From Klebsormidium nitens (Eukaryota; Plantae; Klebsormidiophyceae), in NCBI GenBank assembly GCA_000708835.1, contig DF237202.1, forward strand, positions 1-64,000: a DNA stretch of 64,000 nt, in the 5' to 3' direction. This document shows, piece after piece, positions 52,501 to 63,277 of the stretch. Positions within the stretch are counted from its first letter, which is position 1. Each line of letters opens with the position of its first letter. The notes beneath the pieces were generated by a model, which did no database searches, had not been told where the DNA came from, and saw only the letters and a list, made by a program, of their open reading frames with translations. The translations under genes were made by a program, and so were the position numbers.

Positions 52501-55500
52501 TGGCAGCTCCGCTTACGATATTCGTAGCCGCCCCAACAGCGGAAGCCCCGGAGCTCCCCGAGATGATTCCGGGGCTGTAAGTGTTGGTGAACGTTTGGTT
52601 GACCGGAACGGCGGACGGTATCTCCGGGTAGTACGGCAGGTCGAACGTGCTGACGTTGATTGGCTGGTACCGCACGTAAGGGCTCTGTACCATCAGAAGT
52701 GTTTAGAAAGTTAGCAACTTAGAAACTTGTAAAGTCAGACGTTAGAACCGGGTGCATGAAGTGCTGGTTAAAAGCGGTTGCTTTGAGGGTTTCTTTCCAA
52801 TGGAAATTGCATAGAGAGGTTTGAGATCAAGGAAGAAGCCTGAGTAACCTTTGCTGATTACAATGGAAGCGAAGGGTTTGGAGCTTTCAAGTCAGAATTA
52901 GTTAACGAGGGACGATTTAAATAAAAACGGCACTTGTTCGAGCATCATTATTTGGGCTCCTCTTCTACCAAAACTCAAAAGGAACGGAGAGCTTAGTGGC
53001 GCATATTTGTCCAACACACTTTTCGTTTCCAGATTAGAGTTGTCCTTTTTGTACGAGTATTCTTTCTTACAACCTTCTATTCCGCCGCGCCCGTTCCAGA
53101 CCGAGATGCCGCCGGAAGTCTCGGAGAACGCCCGTTCCTTGAGACCAAAGTATTAATCAACTTTGTTTCTCGACATTAGTGGTTCAAAAATAAGCTTGTT
53201 ACAGACTCATCGCTTGTTTGTTACTCACATAGGTTTGTCCGCCGCGCCCGCTCCAGCCGGCGATGCCGCCGGGGTCTCAAAGAAGGCCCATTCTTCATGT
53301 CCCAAAGTAACTTTTCCAACTGAGATAGAGAGCAGTCCTAACCCACTACAGATCTTCACAACATGAACGCTTTTACTTACAATCTTTGTCCGCCGCGCCC
53401 GTTGAGCCGGAGATGCCGCCGAAGATCGTGAAACGGCCTACTCTTCGTGAACCAAAATACCATCTTCAATAGCTATACTTTGCGTTCTTAAGCAGAGGTC
53501 TCAGTCTGAACAGAAATAAGTATCCACTCACAAAGGTCCTCTGCTTCGCCCGTTCCAGCCGGAGTTGCCGCCGGAGCTATTGAAGAGAGCCCACTTTCCT
53601 TGGACCAAAGTACCGTCTTCATTTGAGATAGTTTGCGTCTTCGAATAAAGAATGTCGCAATCTAAACACACATCCTCTACTCACATAGGTTTGTCCGCCC
53701 CTCCCGTTCCAGCCAGATATGCCGCCGGAGCTCTTGAAGAAGGCCCACTCGCTGAGGCCCATCTTGGCCATCATGATGCCGCCCGCGTCGCGCAGCTTGG
53801 TCACGATGAAGGCTTCTTTGTGAATCGATCCCAGTAGATTCCATGAACCTGCGCAAAGCATCATGAAGGTTCAGTAAACAGGGTTTTTGAAACATGTGTC
53901 TTCAATCATTGGGCCACTTCTAAATCGGCCGCCACACGATGAAGGCTTCTTTGTGGATCGAGCCCAGCAGGTTCCACGAACCTGCGCAAAAATCGGAATC
54001 ATGAGATCTTCGCCTACAGGGTTTCTGGAATTTGTGTCTTCTCACTGGGTGGCGTTCGGCCGCGACACGATGAAGGCTTCTTTGTGAATCGATCCCAGCA
54101 GATTCCACGAGCCTGCAAAAGGCTTGCAAACGTAATGAAAACATATCTTGCAGGGCGGCATGCGACGTCCATTCGACGGACCCCCAGAAGTTTCTGTGCC
54201 CCAATACGAGAACCTTCGACGGATGTGCAGAAAGCAAAAGGCTGACGTACCAACCGCTGAAACGTCAGGCCTTCCAGGATTTTGGTGCCCTGTGGCAGTG
54301 ACTCACGGGACTGACAGTTTGATGTGTTGGAGCATATGGGCTCCCGGGAGAGATGTCTCGAGGAACGTGCAAAAGAAGTTGAAGGTCCTCATTGCGGAGG
54401 ATCTTTGTGCAAAAAGGACGCCTTTACTTTCGAGCGGAACGCGTTGGAAGAAGCGTGTCTTCCTTATTTTCGACGCTGGCCGGGCCCGACCTCGAGCAGG
54501 GTTCTTAAACAACTCCATTTTGTTATCGCGCACAACTCATGCGAATTTTAAGTTGATGCCGCACGTGAACCTGAACGTCTCTGCAACTTGCAAGCTCGTG
54601 AAACGTAAATCGCTGCGAAACTCAATGAAGTATGACCGCCGAACAGAAGACTTAAAAACTGCCGAGCTTCTCACCTGCAGTGCAGTTGAGCCCATCCGAA
54701 GCGATGTTGTCCTTCAGTCCAATCGGGATTCCGTGCAGTTTGCTGAAGCTGCAGTTTGGCATACACGCCGCGCGTTCCTTGTCTTTCTCCTCCGCCAAGG
54801 CGATCACGTTGGGGTCGATCTCAAGAACGGCGTTTGTCGCGTATGCAACCTGAATTGAACGAGCGGGAAGAGCGTTAGGGCATGCTACAGGGACTGCGTT
54901 GTGAAGAACGTAGAAAGCTTTGCGTTAGGCAATCGAGTGGCTTGCTGGCTTGCAGTCGGGGTTGAAGTTGAACCCTTCAGAGGTTGTTGTTCGTCTTCGG
55001 CCTGGATCAAAACGGGGCCGATCTCAAGAACAGCAATGGTTGCGAGTACAACCTGACGTGGCAAAAGCTTAGAGATGTATTAGGGTTGGTGTCACGGCCT
55101 GAACTGTTTCGTGTCAAAGACTGACTTCCTGCATCATCTTTAGAAGTTGTCTGTCGAGTCTCTTCCGCCAGAGTCGAGTCTTACGATTGATGCTGCACTG
55201 AGTTGCGTTCACGACATGAAAGGTTTTGGAAATCGAGCTTGAAAGACAGCCCCGGGACTTGTAGCTTTCCTTGTTTGGAACGAAAGTCAGGCTTTAGATG
55301 AAGAACAAAAGCTGTCAAGAACGGCGTTGGGTGCATATGATGGCCCTGAGTTTCTGCAGCTTCCTCCAGAAAAAATAGTCAGATCGGGAAAGAAATTTCC
55401 GGCCTCTCGACCTGATTCTAATGCTGTTCCGCCTACTTACTGTCCACCTATCTTAGCCTTGCCCTTGAAGGTGCTACGCAAGCCGGGACCCGCGATCTCC

Positions 55501-58038
55501 TGCAATATGCACCCCGCGAGCAGAACCTTCATAGCATCGAAGAGGCCTTGTGACGGACACGAGAGATTTTAGGTTCCAATCATACGAATTTTGCTCTTGC
55601 GGATGCTTACGATCAATTTGGAAAGGTGAGTAAAGTCAAATAAGTGGAAATCTTTACCTGGCCCTTGAACGTACTGATGCTGTCCAGGTCTGCAATCCTC
55701 TGCAGGTAGCACTCAACCAGGGCACGTGACGTCAGCGTCCCCGCAGCAAAAGCGTCCTGGATCTCGTCGATTGTGATCTCGATGACGTCATCGCAGTTGA
55801 AGTTGGAGGGCTGACTTGGAAAGGAGCCGTCGGGGGACTGCTTATAGCAGGTGTAGCCAGTGCCGGGAAAGCAGCTGCGCAAAAATGGAGAAAAGGACCG
55901 AGGTCAATCAGGATAAGGCAACAAATAGAACAACAATCACATACAGACAAACAAAACGAGACAACTGGAATTTTTAACTTCGTGTTTTGAAAGTGAAGGC
56001 AAGCTGACGTGAAGGATTCAAATGCTGGCAGAGGAAGGAGCTACTGAGGGAATGCTTCTGACGGCTGTTCCTATCATGAATGCAGTGGCATGGACAACTA
56101 AAAGCTTGTCGTTCAGATTCAACCTTTAGTCGGAGTAAAAGAGATTCACGTGTCGTCTTTGGCATAATGCGTCTTTGGCATAATGCGTCTTTGGCATGCT
56201 GAGAATGACGGACAGAGCTTCCTCAAACAAGGCTGACTTGTGTTCAGAGGTTCAAAAAGGTCCTGACTTCCGGTACTTGTGAAAGAAGGCCTATTGTGTG
56301 CATACGGCATACCTCAAGCTATTCCAGACTAAGACAGCGAAAGGACAGGACCTACCTGTATCCAGAAGGGCAGCAATAGGTTGTCGCTGTCCCAGGAACC
56401 GTGCAAATAGTTGGATACATACCCGAGTTACAGAAACCAGATGCTGGAGCCGCGATGCCGATGGGCGCGGTTCCTGAAACGACAGCCACCAAAGGGAGAC
56501 CCTTTCAGCTCGGAAGATACAATATTAGAGTCGCTTTCTTAAGAGTAAAACTCGTTGATACTGTTCTGAGAGCAGGATCCATGTCCCCTTGCGTAAAGCA
56601 GTCGAAAAACCCGAATTTCTTGCGCGAGGGATGTAGAGACCGTGTCAAGACCGGAACATTCAAGGGACACATGTTCTGACAAAAAGAGAGACTTTTTGGT
56701 ATTCCATTTAACCAGCTGAACCATGCCCTAATGATTGCAGAGACCCGGGCAGGAGTCAGTAATGATAAGAGGGCTTGTCATGGACAAAACAGTGACGGCA
56801 TTCCAGGCAGTCAGACAAGATCTCTGAGACATCTTTACACGTCATCAAGAAAGTTCTAGTATCTACCGCGGTGCTTGCTTGACTTGCAAGACAGCAGCTT
56901 TGACGTGTTGCTCAAAGTACAGAGCGTAGACTGTACGGAACTTGTCAAAGCAAACAAAGCTGCGCAGCATACCGTCCATTGTGGTCGCTTGCAACAAAGC
57001 CCTTCGTGTGTTCTGCTCTTCAGCCCTGTGCTCAAGTCTCTTCTCCAGGGGGAGAGCGACCGCCGTTGTCGCAAGCACCAGCACCAGAACTGCAGAGTCG
57101 ATGAGATTTGCTTGACGCAAGCACTTGTTGATATGAAAATGAGATGGTCCATCCAAAAGTTGCAATGGATGTTCACTTAATCGTTACTTCATGTAGTCTT
57201 CTTGCTCACTCTCGAAGCAGGAGCTTAGGCCCGCCTCAACCAAACACAATTATGCTTTCGAACCTGCGAATTACTTTCTTTATTGAGTTCGTATGGATCA
57301 GAAAGACACACTCGCAGACACACTCGCAGAAGGTAGCGAAGGTGGAGCCATTGGATGAGTCTAAGGAGCGGCCAAGTCCCTGGAGATAGCAAGCATGGGC
57401 TGAGGAATTAGAGATGCGCAGGGCTGAAGCTGGTTTGTTGGTTTGAGCATTGAACTTAAGTAATTTGGGCCTACAGAGACATACAAGATGGGCACACGAG
57501 CTAGGTGGTAGATTTATCAATGGTTGGATCATTCTAAAACGGATGGATAACCGGAGGCATGTTGAGAAGAGAGTATTGGTGAGGAAATGTAAGGTTATGG
57601 AACAATGCACATATGTATTTCAAAAGGTTGGAGATCTGGGTCGCATTGACGATAGAAAAGCAGTAGCTTTCAACATCAAGTTGAGTTGCAAGCTGGCTAC
57701 TTATCCAATGCTGAGCTGCAAAGAGTAGCAAGGATTGCAATGCTGTCAATGTTGCTGTGCTTTAAGTACAATCAAGCTGGGCATTGCTGCAGCTTCATGC
57801 AGATGAGGTTCATGAGTGGCCCTTAGCAGAAGAAATCCGTGAGTCCTGTCTTTCTCTAGCATCACAAAGATGTCAAGGTGGTGAATCACACAAAAAGCTA
57901 GCGAACTAAAGCCAGCAATCAGAATCCTAATGATGAAGAGAACAGAAGATCGAGATGCGGACAAAACTCACAGATGCATTTGGTGGCAGTCTGCCAGCTC
58001 TTCAGCACCCCAGAGCCGGTCCCAAACGAAGCCGCCAT
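46561..58038 (-). CDS. Secreted amidase-signature family enzyme with an N-terminal Cys-rich module
   Basis: 15 exons: 58038-57972, 57089-56973, 56473-56356, 55874-55658, 54849-54675, 53848-53685, 52684-52517, 51827-51685, 51267-51107, 50546-50432, 49648-49539, 49108-49041, 48427-48293, 47427-47324, 46747-46561 (TAG). Motifs [41 protein letters not shown] (catalytic Lys), [17 protein letters not shown] (nucleophile Ser), [25 protein letters not shown]. Exon 1 is the least certain; it gives the signal peptide [34 protein letters not shown]. Confidence 0.92.
47477..48166. repeat. ~350-bp tandem duplication in an amidase intron, each unit containing a GGGGCGAAGCCCC hairpin
   Basis: Units ~47477-47826 and ~47827-48166 are highly similar by eye. 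The first unit reads ggggcgaagcccccagaaagggccctag (47741-47768). Confidence 0.9.
48505..48825. repeat. Degenerate ~180-bp intronic tandem duplication
   Basis: Shared blocks atc.agtgggg.tcag, cggtcgagt and aggtccaaa..gggaggaaggttctgag occur at ~48510-48642 and ~48688-48823. Confidence 0.7.
53060..53620 (-). repeat. Four ~153-bp intronic copies of the amidase exon 6 3' end, each with an intact donor
   Basis: Donor G positions 53684 (live GTGAGT), 53531 (GTGAGT), 53380 (GTAAGT), 53228 (GTGAGT) and 53070 (GTAAGA); spacings 153, 151, 152, 158. Confidence 0.92.
53930..54118 (-). repeat. Two ~132-bp-period intronic copies of the amidase exon 6 acceptor plus 16 codons
   Basis: Copies start at 53981 and 54112 (live exon 53848). 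All three follow a CAG acceptor and all encode [16 protein letters not shown]. Confidence 0.93.
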
Positions 58039-59020
58039 GACAACAGATACGCCACCGCTTTCGAGATATTTGGCCTGTGCTCGCAGCTAAGACAGTTGCA
58101 AAAGGGTTCCCGTGGAGATAAGGAAAATAGGTGCAGGTTACATTGGCATTGCGAGCTGGAAGCGTACTCAATGTAGATCACTGCATTTGAAGCTGTTTAC
58201 CTAGTAGCGAAATGCACCATACGGTATTATACGGCAGCTCTCCATTGGCACTCTCTCTTGCATGGGTGCAGCTATAGGACATGGAAGTTGGAATGAGTCG
58301 AATGACCCTTCCACCGCTGACAGCCTGCAATGTGTTGCTGCCACGCCTTGCTGGCATTCTTCAGACCATTTCTTACAGGACGTAAAACCATCAGAATCCA
58401 GATGATCCTGATGTACAGCAGTACACAGTCTGCATGAGCTGGCGCCATAACCTGACATGCTGCAGCCTGCGAGGCGGCCATTTACCAGCTGCAAATGCAA
58501 ATTGCAATCCTGTCCGCTCAGGGCTGAATCCTGCTCCCGACGCCGCGTCTCCATTGAAGGCTGTCTGCGGCGCCATGATGATGATGAGAGCATTGAATGA
58601 TCAAGCTTCAACAGTTCTACCTAAACTTGCAGTGCCACGTGTTTACCAGACAACCCAACACCACGGGCAGATTCCACATCGGACGGTTCCGAATGCATAC
58701 TATCACCAAATCAATTGAATGACGCCAGCACATTCTTCTCTGATTCATTGGCTATTATATTCACTCCTTTCCACGTGTTCGGCGTGGTTTGCCGGCCGGC
58801 CAACACTGTGAAGTTTGAACCGTCCTCGAAGCGGTCGCAAGTCCGGTCACTCTGGTCAGTCGATCAACAGTCACTTCATCACTTCGGTCTGCAGGATGAC
58901 AGGATGGTATGAACGCGGACAAAGCCAGCAAAAAGAGCAACAAAGGAGCCGTGGCAATGTGCACAACCATGGCCCCAATCAACGGAACCCGCCGGGCGCG
59001 ACTTCCGATCAGCCTCTGTA

Positions 59021-59028
59021 TTTATATA
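59021..59028 (-). promoter_or_regulatory. Candidate TATA box for a minus-strand transcript (amidase or a short upstream ORF)
   Basis: TATATAAA on the minus strand, about 50 nt upstream of a gccATGG at 58970 and about 1 kb upstream of the amidase ATG. Confidence 0.3.
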
Positions 59029-60511
59029 CGACAGTTATTCATGATCTGTTCATCTATAGTTAAATTGAATATATTTTGGTGCTTCCTTTAGGCAAGCTCG
59101 TGAGGCCTTGATACCTTAGCATCAATATTGGGGTCAACTACATGGCCGCGCGCGCGGCGGCGACGTCAACAATATAGCTAAGGCGCTATAGACAGTACGT
59201 GAGAATGGCTGATTCGCGCACTAAAGTAACGGTGGCAGAAGTATCGATTTTCTGATCAGGAGGGGACGTGGGGCGCAGCCGAGACAATGGGCTCGCGGGC
59301 GCGATCAGCCGGTTATACTCAGATCGGAACAGCTTGAACTTATAGAAGCCGAGCAACGTATTCACTCACTCACGAACTCAGTCACACTCAAGAACATTTG
59401 CGCCTACATTGTACACACTGCAAAACTCAGCGTCTTCACAAGTTGGGCTTTGCTTTGCAGAGTGTGGAAAAGATTATGCACCACGACGGTACCCCCCGCA
59501 CCACCCGGCAGTCCACTGGCCGGGCGCGCAAAACATACTGAACGATCTCGATATACCATGCATGTCTCTGGTAAAATATAGGCCGGCATGCGATGCGTGC
59601 ATACTAAATAATCTTGCCGAGTCTTCGGTAAAAGAAAGAGGATATTCTGGACGGTGACGCTGACGTATTCAAGTCGGATCCACCGTGCAATACTCAACGA
59701 CCGTCGAAGGGTTCCCGAGAGCTGCGGCGCTATGAACGGATCCCAGCTGTCCACATATGTAAATGCTGAGCGCTAGATCGGGATTCTGTGTTAGTAAAGC
59801 AGTGGCGATAAGGTTCGCTGTTTCGATGATGCAACGAAAATGCTGCTCGTCAGTGATCGACGGCTCTGTCGACTGGCCCGGACTTCGAGGCAGCACTTCT
59901 GCTTCACAAAAAATCGGAACAATCCGAGGACTCGGTTGAAGATTGGACTCAGCCGATATACCGTCCCTTGCTGCTATGATGTATCTGTGGCAAAAAGCGA
60001 ACGGGCTTGGGGAAGGAGTCTCGGTTGAGCTCAGGCGAATTGTTGAGTCGCTCAACAATGAAGGCGGCGCACACGGTACCAATACTTTCAGCTTACTTGA
60101 GAACGAATGATACCGCTTCTCTTTGCGCACTTCGCGCAGGAAATTGTTGAAAATATTCGACACAAAAACTGTCGGTAGCTAGGACGGAGTCATGGCCCTG
60201 ATCCAGTGATCCAAAAGTTATCTATGCTTACTTGCTCTCAGTAGACTTCAAATTCGTAAACGGGTATTTATGAATACTTACAACAAATGCTTTGGGCCTA
60301 ATCGAGGCCCTTAATGCTGTACAGCTTGATGCGGTGAGCCCAATCAAGCAAACCGCTTCCCACTATTTAATCCACTTCGCTGATTTCGTTTCCCGGGTGC
60401 CAGTGCCGCGGTGTTTCGTGTTGTAGGCAGACCCCGGACACCGGTGCCTTGCCCAAACGGCCCCAATCTCACTTTTTTACGCTGCGAGCCACACACTATA
60501 TATCCTATCAC

Positions 60512-63277
60512 TTACTCCAAAACAAGAGCCGCTCTCATCTTCTTCGCCTTGTTCCAGCACTCCCCCAGAAACCGCCCATAAACATCCAAAACCCCAAACG
60601 TCGCCTCCGCGAACTGCGGCTCGAGCCGCGGGTTCGCTTCGACGAACTTGTCGCGCAGCTCCGCGCTCTCGGCCGCGTGCGTGACGTCAAGGACCACGTG
60701 GTGGTGCAGAAACGTCAGCTGGGGCAAAAAGGCGTCGCCCAAAAGCGCGCGCACGCGCGCGATCATGGGCGCGCCCAGGACGAGCGACAGCTGCTCGATC
60801 GCGCTCTGGATGGCGACCTGGGCGTACGGCTGCTTGGACGCGATGTACCTGTAGAGTGGACGTCCGAAAATGATATCAGACTGACCGGCTCAGGCTTTGT
60901 AAAGGTGAATCTGAAGGGAAACGTCTGCGAATGGCAAGGCCCTGGGCGTACGGGTGCTGAGACGCGATGTACCTGCAGAATAAACGTCCGAGTATGCTTT
61001 GGAACTTGATGGGCGCGCTTACAATCTATCAATTATATGAAGACGTACTAACGAACATCTCCAAAATGGCAACTTAGGCGCGTGTAACTGCTTAAATCCT
61101 GATCACCTGGCTAGCAAGCGTCCAAAGAACGAACGGAGAACACGCCCAACTGTGTCGACCATTTAATGGAGTCAGATTGAAGTCGATACCGGAAGCAGCA
61201 TGACGGGAACTCGTCAGCGTTCACTACTTATCAGTGCAGCCAGACTAATAGAATACCGAGTCTCCGTGGCAGGAGATGGTACGATGGGACGGTCTCGTTT
61301 TCAGCACGCAAAACGAGTCTTTGTTTTTCCGCTTGGCACCTTCTGAGGGCAACACCAGTGCCAGTGCTCCAAAGACCGCTCTGGCCGTGAGACGTTTTGT
61401 AACGTGGGCTCTGCTCAAAGTGGCAATCTAGCGCAGAGCGGCGATCTTGACACTCAGGGCTCTTCCTCACGGCGCGTCTTTCCTCCTACCCAAAACCTTC
61501 CAATCTCGTGCGCAAGTCTTCCTATGCAAACAGAATAAGCAGTTCCTAGAGGAATGGGCAGTCTCCGTCCCGTAGCTCACCTGTCATGCAGCTCGTCATA
61601 GTCGTGCACGCTCTGGAAGTACGGTGACGTCAGGAGCGCGTCAGCGGACATGGGGCTGCCGGGGTGCTTCGCGTTCCAGGAGGCTGACAGCTTCGTGACG
61701 TCATTCCGGAACCACCGGTCGTGGCCGGCTTCTTCGAGAGCACCCTCAACCAGGCTGCGGGTGCGAAACGAAGATATACTATTGACAGATTTTATCGAGA
61801 TAGCAAAAATGCGAAATACATGTTTACGTTCCGAGTGGTCATTGATCGGCCAGCTTGGCGGGTGGGAATTGGGTCGAGGCAGTAAAGAAGTAGCGAAACG
61901 GAGATGCGTTGAACGATGCAAAGTCAGGCTGGGGCGGAGTGAATGCCAATCTTACTTTAACGCCTCAAAATACATTCAAGGTAACAGGTTCTGGAAACAA
62001 GTCGTCAGGAAAACAGACTTCAAGATGACCATGCGGTGAGCTTGATGATAACCGAATGGAAAGGATTATGGAAATAATCGCTATAAAGTATATGCGATGA
62101 TACTCGGGAGCCTATCTAGAAATTGGCAAACAAAGGCGACCTGTATGACAGGGATCAGTAGAGGAAAGGTAGACTCCGGTTTGCCGTCTAGAACCTCACT
62201 CTGGTCGTTGTGGGCAAGCGGAAAAACTTCGTCAAGGATCCATGAAAGGGCAGAGACCTTGTAATTCGCGGTTGAGGTGTAAGCCAGAGCTTGACAAAAT
62301 TCTGACGGCTGTCAGATTGCAGTCGCTTGCGCCAGCTTAAGTGCCAAGGGTGCCAATATTATCGGAAAGAAGTCATAGGACTTTTGGGCCCCTTAACCAA
62401 GGACGGTTTTGGGCAGGTTAAAATTCTGGTTATCTGTCCAGTAACCAGACTTGGACGTTAAACAGCTTTGGAGCAAGGTTGAAACCCGGTTAAGCTGTCC
62501 AATAACTCAAGCCTCAAGTTGGTTACCAATCTGGTTAGCAGCCAAAACTTCCTGTGAGTGAAGCCACCTTCTCCTATGTCCTCAGGTTCATCAAATTTGG
62601 GCAGAGTGAGAAGACGACGGCTTACCTGTTTCCCAGTTCCTGCAGCATCTCGACGTCACTGCCTGCGTTAGCAAGCGCCAGGCACTCCTGCCCCGCTCGC
62701 CGAATCCACATCTCGACCTGCGCAGAAACCACCTCTGGATTCCAGCCCAGGCCAAAGTCGAAAAGACTTGGCAGATCCGGCCCTAGGCTGTGTACGTGTA
62801 AGCTCACTCACAAGTCATGAGCCTTTCAAAAGCTCGTGTAATCATTGAAGTCTGTCTGATTCTGAGAGCGAAGCAGACCACAACAGGGATCCCTCCCTAC
62901 CTGCTGCACTGGCAGCCCTTAATGGATACAAAGACAGGTCATGATTTGCCTCCCTCCCCATCTCATCTGCTGTAGGAGCAGTCTTTTGGCTGGTCACTTC
63001 AGGTTCCTGCTGGATAGTCTGGAAGTCAGAAAGAAGGTCGAAGGGACGAATGAGTATGCCAAAATATTGTGTGGCTCACCTTTTCAGTCATGCCAACTCC
63101 TTGGGAGCAGAACACAAGGAAGAACAAGTGCAGTAAGTCGGTGTCATCGCACGCCGCCAGCTCCTGAAGCTCCGGAACCGCCGCCAGGGCCTGGGGCGCG
63201 GCCCTGTAGTCCTGTTGGGATGCTGACGTCAGCGCGGCGGCGACGTCTGTGGTTAGGGCAGCGGTGGCCACATTGCG
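60512..63277 (-). CDS. Heme-oxygenase-like diiron oxidase (HDO / iron-containing redox enzyme), bacterial type; 5' end beyond the window
   Basis: Exons 63277-63080, 62717-62626, 61754-61581 and 60848-60512 (TAA), phases consistent. Protein: FCSQGVGMTEKVEMWIRRAGQEC...LVEGALEEAGHDRWFRND...YAQVAIQSAIEQLS...LTFLHHHVVLDVTH...LDVYGRFLGECW, carrying ExxH, E and HxxxDxxH ligand sets. A GTAAGT donor at 63998 indicates a further upstream exon. Confidence 0.8.
60940..60985 (-). repeat. Upstream intronic copy of the HDO last-exon acceptor
   Basis: ctgcag|GTACATCGCGTCTCAGCACCCGTACGCCCAG (start 60972) compared with the live ctacag|GTACATCGCGTCCAAGCAGCCGTACGCCCAG (start 60848). Confidence 0.85.

Noticed and set aside
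54148-54858. 236-aa + ORF antisense to the amidase
   Set aside because: It has no recognisable motif and overlaps an intron and exon of a well-supported minus-strand gene.
59404-60163. 164-aa and 116-aa minus-strand ORFs downstream of the HDO gene
   Set aside because: There is no ATG start, recognisable family or exon-like GC3 bias. Probably 3' UTR or intergenic, although a decayed gene cannot be excluded.
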